61,889 bases of DNA, taken from Candidatus Saccharimonadales bacterium (GTDB taxonomy: Bacteria; Patescibacteriota; Saccharimonadia; Saccharimonadales; UBA10212). This document shows, piece after piece, positions 53,625 through 61,874 of this stretch (within the stretch, counting starts at the first letter, position 1; every line of letters starts with the position of its first letter). The translations under genes and the position numbers were made by a program. The DNA is taken from positions 1 to 61,889 of the forward strand of contig JBBRSU010000004.1 of assembly GCA_038245195.1 (NCBI GenBank), read 5' to 3'. Below the pieces are notes generated by a model. That model saw only the letters and a list, made by a program, of their open reading frames with translations, had not been told where the DNA came from and made no database searches.

Positions 53625-53659
53625 AAAAATAAAAAAACTTTGGCTAATTAAACCAAAGA
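53625..53659 (-). terminator. Terminator or attenuator hairpin between the tmk-fusion gene and rplJ
   Basis: Stem CTTTGG (53639-53644) / CCAAAG (53654-53659). On the minus strand it is followed by TTTTTTTATTTTTT. Confidence 0.6.
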
Positions 53660-53773
53660 CATAAGATTACAATAATGTTCTCAGTAACCTTGGTAGCAGA
53701 TTAAGCTTATTAAAAGCAGCTACTGTCTTCGGTAACTAACAACAAGCTTAGCACATGCTTAACAGGGGTGCAA

Positions 53774-55747
53774 CTAAATATTTTCAGTTTTCTTTGGTTT
53801 ATGCCGACGCTTAGCAGGTTTAATTCGGTTTCTGGGCTCCAGACGATTTTGTGCCTGTAGGTTTCCTTCAGATAGAACTTCCCAAGTCAGTGGATGAACT
53901 TCGGCTACCGCTTCCATCAAGCCATCAATCAAATTCTTATTACCAACCGTTAAGCCTTGTTTCAGAATAAGGTTCAAATTCTTAGCGTCAACGCTGAATT
54001 GCCAGCGCATTCTGTGTCCCAGAAGAGTTGCGTAAACAGTTAAATCGTCTCTGTCGATCTGCTGAAGTATACTAAACAGCTTGAGACTGATATCGAAGCA
54101 TTCGAGATAGAGTTCCTCGATGCCAATGTCTTCTAATATCGGGTCGACCTCATAGCCGAAGCGCGGCGAGGCCATTTGAACTTGAAGGTTAGATATAACT
54201 GCCAAATTATTAAAATCATTTAGGCTTATTTGATCAGATACTACGTCAAACTTATACTTTATTTTTTCTAGAACTGATTCAGCGGCAGCTGCTTGTTTAA
54301 AGCTGTCAAGCTTCTGCTGATAAGACCAAGCCGAAACTTCTTCAGAAATTTCTTCGAGTGAAAGATTACTATAAGGGTAAATGCTTTCAGCCAATAAGTC
54401 GAATTCCAGTCTGGGCGAAGCCTCGAGTAACCTTACTTCCTTTTTATCACTTGAATTTAGTGATAATTTGTCCTCGGCTAACTTAGCTATGATGTTATTT
54501 ATCGGCTCCGGACCAGTTTGGGATTCTATAGGCTGCTTGAATTGGCGTGGCCATTTGGCCTTTGCGGCCGTATAAAGCTGCTTGGCACTCCATTGTAGCT
54601 CGGGTGTGTCACTCGATAATAAGCTAGTCGATAGTCGATTTACAGCTTTATCTGATAATTTAACGCTAAAATTTGATAAGGCTGCCAATGGCGTAACCGG
54701 CAAAAGTAATTGGCTGATGTTATTTTTTTCATATAGCATCTGACCAGTTAGGATGCTCTTTTCGTAGTGCTGCTCCAGTTTTTGGCGCATTTGCTTATGA
54801 AGTTTGGCAATTTGAAACAGACTATCCTTATAGGCCAGGTCAACTTCCTTTGGTAGCCCCATTGGTGTATAAAACTTATAGTCAAAGTCGGACCAGACAC
54901 TAAAACCAGATGGTTCAACTGATTTTATCTGCCTTTCGACATTCAACTTAAGCAGCAAGCTTGAATTAGTAAATTGTTGAATCAATTTAGGGCTATGATC
55001 GTCAATCTGAGGGCTACTTTGGGTCGGAGAGCTCAAGGTTACTACAGAGCTGTGGCCAAGATGAGGTTTGTCTGGAGGCAGTAATGGCTTTAGTTTGTCC
55101 CAAATTAAATTACTTATCGTAGCTACGCTTAACAACTTACCATTTTCAGTGCATTCAATGGCCGAGAAATCCTTAGGAAATAGTTCGCATAATAAATCAT
55201 AAGTAGCGACAGACTTTCTTAAGAATTCTAAGTTCGATTCATGCTCATCACGGGCTTTATTCTGTCCTGACCTTTGGCTTATTAGGTCATTCGATATATC
55301 AGCTGGAACTCTTAAAAACAAATTAATATTGGGCCTGGGAATATTCAAAAGCTGATACTCGAGATTATCCTCCCATACAAAAAATCCGCGCTGCTCAACC
55401 GGATCATCGAATTTAGCACCTTGGTGGGCCATATTGGAGCCGACGTAGCGATCAATTAGAACGATTTTACCGGCCTCAACCTCCTTTAGTATGTCGTTAG
55501 ATGCTTCATACCTGTCCAATGCATAAAATAACGATGCGGTGTAGGGGCTTATGTTTTTAGCTGAGCCATAGCCTCCAGATAAATAGGTTTTTATGAAATG
55601 GCTAGACTCTTTGTTGTAACGCGGAAAATCAAATGTCGATACATCATAGCCGGCCGCTTTTAATCTTTCGCTTAGTAACTTTAGTTGCGTAGCCTTACCC
55701 GAACCATCGGAGCCCTCCAGAACCAGAATTAAGCCACGGTTTTTCAT
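53774..55747 (-). CDS. tmk: Thymidylate kinase fused to a C-terminal extension of about 430 aa (two degenerate ThyX-like repeats, tentative)
   Basis: The N-terminal 210 aa or so carry LEGSDGSGKATQ (P-loop), DRY and the lid region. The rest (657 aa total) has no Tmk counterpart. It contains two segments with a ThyX-like pattern (LLPVTPLA...NRL and YATLLGHRMRWQFSVDAKNL) but no RHRxxS motif. Confidence 0.8.
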   Translation of the reverse strand: MKNRGLILVLEGSDGSGKATQLKLLSERLKAAGYDVSTFDFPRYNKESSHFIKTYLSGGYGSAKNISPYTASLFYALDRYEASNDILKEVEAGKIVLIDRYVGSNMAHQGAKFDDPVEQRGFFVWEDNLEYQLLNIPRPNINLFLRVPADISNDLISQRSGQNKARDEHESNLEFLRKSVATYDLLCELFPKDFSAIECTENGKLLSVATISNLIWDKLKPLLPPDKPHLGHSSVVTLSSPTQSSPQIDDHSPKLIQQFTNSSLLLKLNVERQIKSVEPSGFSVWSDFDYKFYTPMGLPKEVDLAYKDSLFQIAKLHKQMRQKLEQHYEKSILTGQMLYEKNNISQLLLPVTPLAALSNFSVKLSDKAVNRLSTSLLSSDTPELQWSAKQLYTAAKAKWPRQFKQPIESQTGPEPINNIIAKLAEDKLSLNSSDKKEVRLLEASPRLEFDLLAESIYPYSNLSLEEISEEVSAWSYQQKLDSFKQAAAAESVLEKIKYKFDVVSDQISLNDFNNLAVISNLQVQMASPRFGYEVDPILEDIGIEELYLECFDISLKLFSILQQIDRDDLTVYATLLGHRMRWQFSVDAKNLNLILKQGLTVGNKNLIDGLMEAVAEVHPLTWEVLSEGNLQAQNRLEPRNRIKPAKRRHKPKKTENI

Positions 55748-55752
55748 GATTC

Positions 55753-56466
55753 CTACAGTGCCTTAAGACCCTTAATCGGCTTAGGGACTGAGCGCTTGTC
55801 GAGGTAAGCTCTTGGGAGCATCATTGCCGGGTGCCAATCCTTAATGAGTTTATTTAAATCAGTGCCAGTTTGATACTTACCACTAAAACCTTTGTTACGG
55901 CCTTCGCCATAATTACCTTTAACGGGCCCAGTTTGGTGAAAAACTATTTGGGCAATTCGTTCTCCAACCGGCAATAATACAAGCTCTTTTTGATTTAGGT
56001 TGTAAATCTCTAAGGTCAGTCGGTTGATATATCCAGGATCTATCCAACCGGCGTCAAAACAAACGGCCACACCATTTCTACCCCAACTAGAGCGTGATTT
56101 TACTTCACATGCACCGGGTGGGATAATCCCAAAAAATTCATGAGTGTGGGCTAAGATTCTTTCTCCTGGCCTAACTGGTATCACCGGATGATTGGCCGGA
56201 ATGCCACTTAGTGGTTTAATACCATTTTCTTGGCACCATTTTTTGTGAGGTACGGCTTGTAGAGCACCTTCGAAGTATCTTTCTACGTCAATTTTATCGA
56301 AGGGATTGTAAACTGGATGATCTGCCGACCGTTCGGTTCTGTAATAGTAATGCCCGAGCGTCACATCCAAGCTAGCATGTGAGACATGATTAGTATTTAA
56401 AGGCGTGCAAATAATATGGCCGGTTTTTACGGCTTCAATAATTTCGGTGTTACTGAATACACCCAT
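55753..56466 (-). CDS. dcd: dCTP deaminase / dUTPase-superfamily protein
   Basis: SLDVTLG, VKSRSSWGRNG and GWIDPGY...LEIYN motifs. SD AAGGAG upstream of the ATG at 56466. Confidence 0.8.
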   Translation of the reverse strand: MGVFSNTEIIEAVKTGHIICTPLNTNHVSHASLDVTLGHYYYRTERSADHPVYNPFDKIDVERYFEGALQAVPHKKWCQENGIKPLSGIPANHPVIPVRPGERILAHTHEFFGIIPPGACEVKSRSSWGRNGVAVCFDAGWIDPGYINRLTLEIYNLNQKELVLLPVGERIAQIVFHQTGPVKGNYGEGRNKGFSGKYQTGTDLNKLIKDWHPAMMLPRAYLDKRSVPKPIKGLKAL

Positions 56467-56536
56467 TGGTTAACTCCTTACGCCTTTAAGTCTATAGTCA
56501 TTATCTTTACCCAGCAAGCATTAGCCGAATGATGGA

Positions 56537-57520
56537 CTAATTAGTGTTGGTAACTACCATGATACTAGGCCCCATAGTGGTCGTAATATGTATAGCTTTA
56601 ATATAGATGCCTTTTATACTGCCCGGTTTAGCGGCTCGGACACTAGCCATCACAGCTTCACTATTTTTTAGCAGTTTATCTGGCCCAAAACTCACCTTAC
56701 CAATCGGCATATGGATGATACCGGCCTGATCGACCCGATACTCAACCTTACCGGCTTTAGCCTCTTCGATAGCCGAAACCACATTGGCAGTAACCGTTCC
56801 ACTTTTAGGGTTGGGCATTAGTCCGCGAGGACCCAACATTCTGGCAAATTTACCCAACTTTGCCATCATTTGAGGCGTTGAAATCAAAACGTCAAATTCA
56901 ATGTTTTCTTTTTCTAAATCGGCAAAAAGCTTGTCAGCATCGCTAATATCAGCCCCGGCTTTCTTGGCTTTGGCGGCATCATCAGCTTCAGCTAAAACAG
57001 CAATCCGAATTGATTTACCGGTTCCGCCCGGTAAAACTACGTTGTCTCGGACATTCTGATCGGCTTGTTTCGGATCGACTCCAAGATTAACGTGTAGCTC
57101 AACTGATGAGTCAAATTTAGTAGTGCTGGTCTTGATAGCTAAGCTAAGGGCTTCCTCGAGACTATATCGTTTGTCTTTTTCTATAAGTTTTAATGCTTCA
57201 CGATACTTCTTACCTGCCCGTTCAGACCTAGACCGGACTTTAGGTGTAGCTTTGGATGCTTCGACAGCATCTGCAAGCTTGCCAGCAGTTTTTCGTTCTT
57301 GCTTGGCAGCTTTAACTTCCTGCTCCAATGTAGCTTTAGCACTACGTTTTCCAGCTTTGGCTAAACTTTTAGTCGAGCCTGTCTCAGTAACTTCTTTGGT
57401 TTCATCTTCGTCTATTAAGCTGGTAGACTCAGCGGTTAATTCAGCCTTCTTAATCGGCTTTTTTCTGACATCCGGCACTGGTTTGGTTTTCTTGATGATT
57501 GGCTTGGCTTTCTCGGCCAT
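56537..57520 (-). CDS. rplA: 50S ribosomal protein L1 with a Lys/Ala/Glu-rich N-terminal extension of about 100 aa
   Basis: The canonical L1 core starts at GKKYREALKLIEKDKRYSLEEAL and runs to GPRGLMPNPKSGTV. The ATG at 57520 is preceded by AAAGGAG. The ORF-track start at 57565 lacks an SD. Confidence 0.9.
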   Translation of the reverse strand: MAEKAKPIIKKTKPVPDVRKKPIKKAELTAESTSLIDEDETKEVTETGSTKSLAKAGKRSAKATLEQEVKAAKQERKTAGKLADAVEASKATPKVRSRSERAGKKYREALKLIEKDKRYSLEEALSLAIKTSTTKFDSSVELHVNLGVDPKQADQNVRDNVVLPGGTGKSIRIAVLAEADDAAKAKKAGADISDADKLFADLEKENIEFDVLISTPQMMAKLGKFARMLGPRGLMPNPKSGTVTANVVSAIEEAKAGKVEYRVDQAGIIHMPIGKVSFGPDKLLKNSEAVMASVRAAKPGSIKGIYIKAIHITTTMGPSIMVVTNTN

Positions 57521-57579
57521 TATTATCTCCTTTGTGGTACTAACGGCTAGATCATAGCCTCCCACACTTAGCTTAATTA

Positions 57580-58011
57580 CTATTCGAGTTCGATACCCAT
57601 ACTGCGGGCCGTACCGGCTACCATTTTCTTTATGGCTTCTAAGTTATCAGTATTCATGTCGGTAGCTTTAGCCTCGGCAATTTCAGTTAACTGACTTTGG
57701 TTTAACTTCTTTTCAAGTTTAACTTTGTTGGGTTCGCCTGAACCCTTATCCACTTTTAGGGTTGCTAAGATAAGCTCATCGGTCGGCGTTCCAACAACTC
57801 GCCAGTTCATAGTCCGGTCGTCGTATATCGTGATATGAACTGTAACCATTTGGCCCATCTTATCTTTTGTGCCTTCGTTGAATGGATTAATAAAGTCCAT
57901 CATATTAACGCCATACTGGCCCAGAGTTGAACCAACCGGTGGCGCCGCACTAGCTTGGCCACCCCTAATTTTTAGTTTTAAGTTCGCTTTGACTGGTTTA
58001 CCTTGTGCCAT
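57580..58011 (-). CDS. rplK: 50S ribosomal protein L11
   Basis: KLKIRGGQASAAPPVGSTLGQYGVNMMDF and the C-terminal RSMGIE pattern. Confidence 0.95.
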   Translation of the reverse strand: MAQGKPVKANLKLKIRGGQASAAPPVGSTLGQYGVNMMDFINPFNEGTKDKMGQMVTVHITIYDDRTMNWRVVGTPTDELILATLKVDKGSGEPNKVKLEKKLNQSQLTEIAEAKATDMNTDNLEAIKKMVAGTARSMGIELE

Positions 58012-58020
58012 ATTTGTCTC

Positions 58021-58563
58021 CTAGACTCGCTTTACCTGAAGGCCATCCAGTTCAACTGGAGTTTCACGACCAAACATATTAACTAATACTTTGAGTTTAC
58101 CCTTCTGGGCATCGATTTCATTAATCGCCCCATCAAAACCCTTGAACGGACCGTCTACTATATTCACAACTTCGCCGACTCGATAGTCAAATTTGTGCTT
58201 AGGCTCTTCGCGGCCCATTCGTTTCATTATTTTGACAATTTCATCAGCTTCGAGAGGAGTTGGTTCGGTGCCGGTTCCGACAAAGCCAGTAACATTAGGT
58301 GTATTCCGAACAATATACCAAGCGTCTTCTGATAATTTCATTTCGACTAATACGTATCCCTGAAAAATTCGCTTTTCAACAACTTTACGTTTACCGTTCT
58401 TAATTTCAATCATTTTTTCTTTAGGAACCAAGACTTGAAAGATTTTATCGCCCATATCTAAGCTCTCGGCACGCTGGCGAATACTCTCGGCAACCTTTTC
58501 TTCATAACCACTATAGGTATGGATGGCATACCATTGTTTCGATGAATCGTATCGCTTATTCAA
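58021..58563 (-). CDS. nusG: Transcription termination/antitermination factor NusG
   Basis: WYAIHTYSGYE NGN motif and the KOW motif GEVVNIVDGPFKGFDGAI. Confidence 0.95.
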   Translation of the reverse strand: MNKRYDSSKQWYAIHTYSGYEEKVAESIRQRAESLDMGDKIFQVLVPKEKMIEIKNGKRKVVEKRIFQGYVLVEMKLSEDAWYIVRNTPNVTGFVGTGTEPTPLEADEIVKIMKRMGREEPKHKFDYRVGEVVNIVDGPFKGFDGAINEIDAQKGKLKVLVNMFGRETPVELDGLQVKRV

Positions 58564-58574
58564 CTTAATAGTCC

Positions 58575-58985
58575 TTACTTTAAAATTACCTTCTTAAATA
58601 CTTCATCAAGTCCCTTATCTACGCCAGCTACGAGTGCTCCAAAAATTACAGCAAATACAAAAACTGCCAAAGTTAAACGCCACGTTTCTTTACGGCTAGG
58701 CCAGACAACCTGTCGGACTTCTCTCCAAGAGTTTATAAAGTAACGGGGAATTAGCCACGACAGACCTTTCCCGATTAGTCTAAACGGCTTGGTGGCTATT
58801 TTTGTAGCCTTCCGGTCACTTAATTTGAGTTTTTTAATGGGGGCTGCAGATTTGGACGCTAAACGACGCAAGCGTCGCGGTTTAACTTCGTCTTGCTTAG
58901 CTTTAGCGGCTTCAACTCGCTCACGAACAGTCGGCGCATTTTTTAGAATGCGCTTCTTCTTGGCGGGTTGATTTGAGTCGGCCAC
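58575..58985 (-). CDS. secE: Preprotein translocase subunit SecE with a long basic N-terminal extension
   Basis: The C-terminus FINSWREVRQVVWPSRKETWRLTLAVFVFAVIFGALVAGVD is the SecE core. GTG start, preceded by AAGGAG with a 7-nt spacing. Confidence 0.85.
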   Translation of the reverse strand: MADSNQPAKKKRILKNAPTVRERVEAAKAKQDEVKPRRLRRLASKSAAPIKKLKLSDRKATKIATKPFRLIGKGLSWLIPRYFINSWREVRQVVWPSRKETWRLTLAVFVFAVIFGALVAGVDKGLDEVFKKVILK

Positions 58986-59005
58986 AGACTTGCTCCTTGC
59001 TCACT

Positions 59006-59032
59006 ATAAAAGCCTACTATCTATAGTAGGCC
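59006..59032 (-). terminator. Rho-independent terminator between the PAS-kinase operon and secE
   Basis: Palindrome GCCTACTAT (59012-59020) / ATAGTAGGC (59023-59031). On the minus strand it is followed by TTTTAT. Confidence 0.7.
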
Positions 59033-59064
59033 TTCTGCTGTCAATATTAACCCATAAGAATTGA

Positions 59065-60204
59065 TTATGCAACTGTTTTGGACGCGACAGCAGCTGATTG
59101 ATGAACTCTAAAATCTAAGGGCAAATGCAGCGTGAAAACACTCCCCTTGTTATATTCACTTTGCATTGAAATTTCACCGTTCATAAGTTTGACTAATTTT
59201 TCAGATACATAAAGCCCTAGCCCACTGCCGTTTATCTGTCGGACTCTAGAATCTTGGCTTCTAAAAAACTTATCGAATAATTTTTGGTGTTCATCAGTTT
59301 GGATTCCGATTCCGGTGTCGGCTACGCTAAAATCAACCCCGTCCCCAGCCACAACACCTTTAATTGTTAAGTTACCATTTTCGGTGTATTTAATCGCATT
59401 TGTAATAAAGTTTTGCAAGACTTCCTTGGTATATAGTTGACTACCAAAAATCTTGGGTAAATTCTGGGCTTCAATCTTAACTTCTAAACCTTTTTTTTGA
59501 GCTGCTGCCATATAGTCAGATTGCAAAGAAGTGATGACTGCAATCGGATCAAATTCAGCTGCCGAAGCATTAAACTGCTGTTTATCAGCACGAGAAATCA
59601 TAGCCAGGTCGTTTATTAGACTGCTCAGAAACACAATCTGTTCGTGAGCCGACTTTAGAACCTGTTGAATATTTCCGGGTAGTTGAGATCTTTCGGCCAA
59701 CAGCAGGGCGTTGCTGATACTGCCCTCGGCCACAGCTACTGGGTTACGTAATTCGTGGCTTGCAACGCTTATAAACTCATCTCTTTCTTGTTGAGCTGAT
59801 TTTTCCTTAGTTATATCCCTAAACAACACCACGTAGCCGGTTTTGTTCTGCCCACCGTAAGCCGTACGAACAACCGATACATTTAAATACAGGTTAATGG
59901 CCGATCCATCAGAGTATTGAAGTTTATAATCGGAACTCACAAAGCTAGTCGTATTTGCAGTCACTAGCTCCAAGATATTGTGAGTTTGTCCGACTCTATC
60001 AACAACCGGCATGGCCTGAGCAATGTTCTTTCCGTCAAGCGAGTTTGTATCAAGCAGGCTTAGTGCCAGGCTATTACTTAACTCGACAGCTCCGTTTTCG
60101 TCGATTGCCAAAAATCCTTCACTTAAGCTATTAATAAGCGACAGTAGTCGGTTGTGGTCCAGTTGGCCCTGTGATTCTTGAAATAATTTTGCACTACTAA
60201 GCAT
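59065..60204 (-). CDS. Cytoplasmic PAS-domain sensor histidine kinase (no adjacent response regulator)
   Basis: No TM segment and a PAS-like N-terminal half. H-box VASHELRNPVA, N box TNAIKYT, and G boxes DTGIGI and GSGLGLYV. Confidence 0.88.
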   Translation of the reverse strand: MLSSAKLFQESQGQLDHNRLLSLINSLSEGFLAIDENGAVELSNSLALSLLDTNSLDGKNIAQAMPVVDRVGQTHNILELVTANTTSFVSSDYKLQYSDGSAINLYLNVSVVRTAYGGQNKTGYVVLFRDITKEKSAQQERDEFISVASHELRNPVAVAEGSISNALLLAERSQLPGNIQQVLKSAHEQIVFLSSLINDLAMISRADKQQFNASAAEFDPIAVITSLQSDYMAAAQKKGLEVKIEAQNLPKIFGSQLYTKEVLQNFITNAIKYTENGNLTIKGVVAGDGVDFSVADTGIGIQTDEHQKLFDKFFRSQDSRVRQINGSGLGLYVSEKLVKLMNGEISMQSEYNKGSVFTLHLPLDFRVHQSAAVASKTVA

Positions 60205-60212
60205 ATGCTTAA

Positions 60213-60932
60213 TTATGCCACAGATGACGCCAGGCTATTAATTACTGGGCGATAATTTTTTATTTGTTTTCTATAGATTTTAGCGTTTGGTTTAATTTTA
60301 TCGAATTCATCCCAAAAACTAGGACTGTGATTTAGATGTCTGGTATGGACTAACTCATGCAAAATAACATAGTCTATTAGGTCCCAGGGTAACTGCATTA
60401 GGAAATAATTTAAAGTAATTTCTTTTTTGCTAGAACAGCTACCCCAACGCGACACTAGTTTTCGGATTTTTACAGATTGATATGTGAAATTATTTTTTTT
60501 TGCCAATTCCATAAGCCGTTGAGAAAGTAGATACTGAGCTTCGGCCTTTAAGGCTCGCTCGGCAGCAGCCTTGGCTTTTATCTGTACCCTTTGATCCATC
60601 AGTGACAAGTGGGAGCTAACGATTACTTGCTTGCCGACTAGCCGGGCACTCACGGACTTAGCATTAGAAAGCTCTAGATACTTTAGGCGGTAAGACTTAC
60701 CAATTCTGTCACCGTCGTTCAAATTTGATATTGGCTGTTTCTGTAAATGATCGTTAATCCATTCGGCCCGTTGTTTGGCAAAGCTTATTCCCATTGCGTA
60801 GGGTGTCCAGCTCGGTAGACCAACTCGGACTTTCCCGCCGGCCGATATACTTAAACGAATATTTTTAGAACCTTTTCGCTTGGATAAAACTAGTTCTCCA
60901 ACTTCTGGTAGCCAAACAGTCTTCTGTACCAT
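60213..60932 (-). CDS. DUF45 / YgjP-like (M48-related) zinc metallopeptidase
   Basis: HExxH is present as ILHELVHTRHLNHS, in a DUF45-like context (WGSCSSKKEITLN). Confidence 0.8.
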   Translation of the reverse strand: MVQKTVWLPEVGELVLSKRKGSKNIRLSISAGGKVRVGLPSWTPYAMGISFAKQRAEWINDHLQKQPISNLNDGDRIGKSYRLKYLELSNAKSVSARLVGKQVIVSSHLSLMDQRVQIKAKAAAERALKAEAQYLLSQRLMELAKKNNFTYQSVKIRKLVSRWGSCSSKKEITLNYFLMQLPWDLIDYVILHELVHTRHLNHSPSFWDEFDKIKPNAKIYRKQIKNYRPVINSLASSVA

Positions 60933-60935
60933 GAA

Positions 60936-61595
60936 CTAGCTAATTGTGATGTTGCGTCGGCTAAAATCTACTCTGTTAGCCCGGGGGTTAGGCACCAAGT
61001 TAACCAGCTCAGGCATAGCCACTGAGTGTTGAACCGTTCCACTACCAATTAGTCCCATTTGATACAACTTGTTAATAACCGCACTTTTTTGAGTTCCGAA
61101 AGTGTGTTTTCCACTTATAACCACGTAATCCTCGCCCTGAGGGTTCTGCATTCCAGCTAATTGTTTATCAAAAGTCGTCCGAGTTTGGGGCTCGGCATAT
61201 TTATCATCCATTGTTCGCCTATCGCGGTCTTGAGTGCGAGCGTAGGCACTATCAATATCGATTTGTACCCAGATAAGTAATGATTCAGCTCGATGCTTTT
61301 TAGCTAACTCTCGTAATCTACGTCGTTGAGCTAATCTCAAGACGTTAGTATCGTAAACCACGCTCACTCCGGCACTTAAAAATTCTTCGCACATGTAGTT
61401 CATAAGGTGATTAACGATAGAATTTTCTTGGGCGTCATAACGGGGCGTCTGGAATAGTTCACTCCGCACTCTATCGGAGCTAATGTTGGCTAACTGAAGC
61501 TCCTCGGTTAGGTTACGGGCTACGTAGCTTTTACCAGAGCCTGGAAAACCATATAGACAAATTAGGGTCGGTTTTAATAAGACTATCTTAGGCAT
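60936..61595 (-). CDS. P-loop kinase-like ATPase (AAA_33 / zeta-toxin-like fold)
   Basis: Walker A GFPGSGKS, followed by a D/R-rich kinase-like core. I prefer the ATG at 61595 (MPKIVLL) over the TTG at 61649. Confidence 0.7.
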   Translation of the reverse strand: MPKIVLLKPTLICLYGFPGSGKSYVARNLTEELQLANISSDRVRSELFQTPRYDAQENSIVNHLMNYMCEEFLSAGVSVVYDTNVLRLAQRRRLRELAKKHRAESLLIWVQIDIDSAYARTQDRDRRTMDDKYAEPQTRTTFDKQLAGMQNPQGEDYVVISGKHTFGTQKSAVINKLYQMGLIGSGTVQHSVAMPELVNLVPNPRANRVDFSRRNITIS

Positions 61596-61652
61596 ATCTG
61601 ACCTCAATACTACCACCGTTATAGCCTTGGTGCTAGTCTCCAGAACCAACAG

Positions 61653-61874
61653 TTGTCAGCTCTGGAAGGAGTCATTATGGCAGCCGGGGTCTCCAGTGGT
61701 GAACTTAAGCTCAAGTATCTGCGCAGCGTTTCGGCTAAAATTGACCTACTTCGGCTTCTGACCCGCTTAGCAAAAGACTGTGACTGCATAACTAATAAAG
61801 ATTACTTAGAGTTGCAATCGCATTTACATGAAATTGGCCGGATGCTGGGCGGCTGGATTAAGTCAATTAAATAA
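61653..61874 (+). CDS. Four-helix-bundle protein (23S rRNA intervening-sequence protein family), apparently only the C-terminal half
   Basis: KLKYLRSVSAKIDLLRLLTRLAKDCDCITNKDYLELQSHLHEIGRMLGGWIKSI matches the C-terminal helices of this family. It is 73 aa, against about 115-125 aa typically. TTG start. Confidence 0.45.
   Translation: MSALEGVIMAAGVSSGELKLKYLRSVSAKIDLLRLLTRLAKDCDCITNKDYLELQSHLHEIGRMLGGWIKSIK

Noticed and set aside
53660-53773. A canonical L10 (rplJ) leader structure upstream of rplJ.
   Set aside because: Only short stems (for example GTAGC/GCTAC) could be found by eye. I cannot support a specific leader fold without a covariance-model scan. Only the terminator-like hairpin at 53625-53659 is reported.
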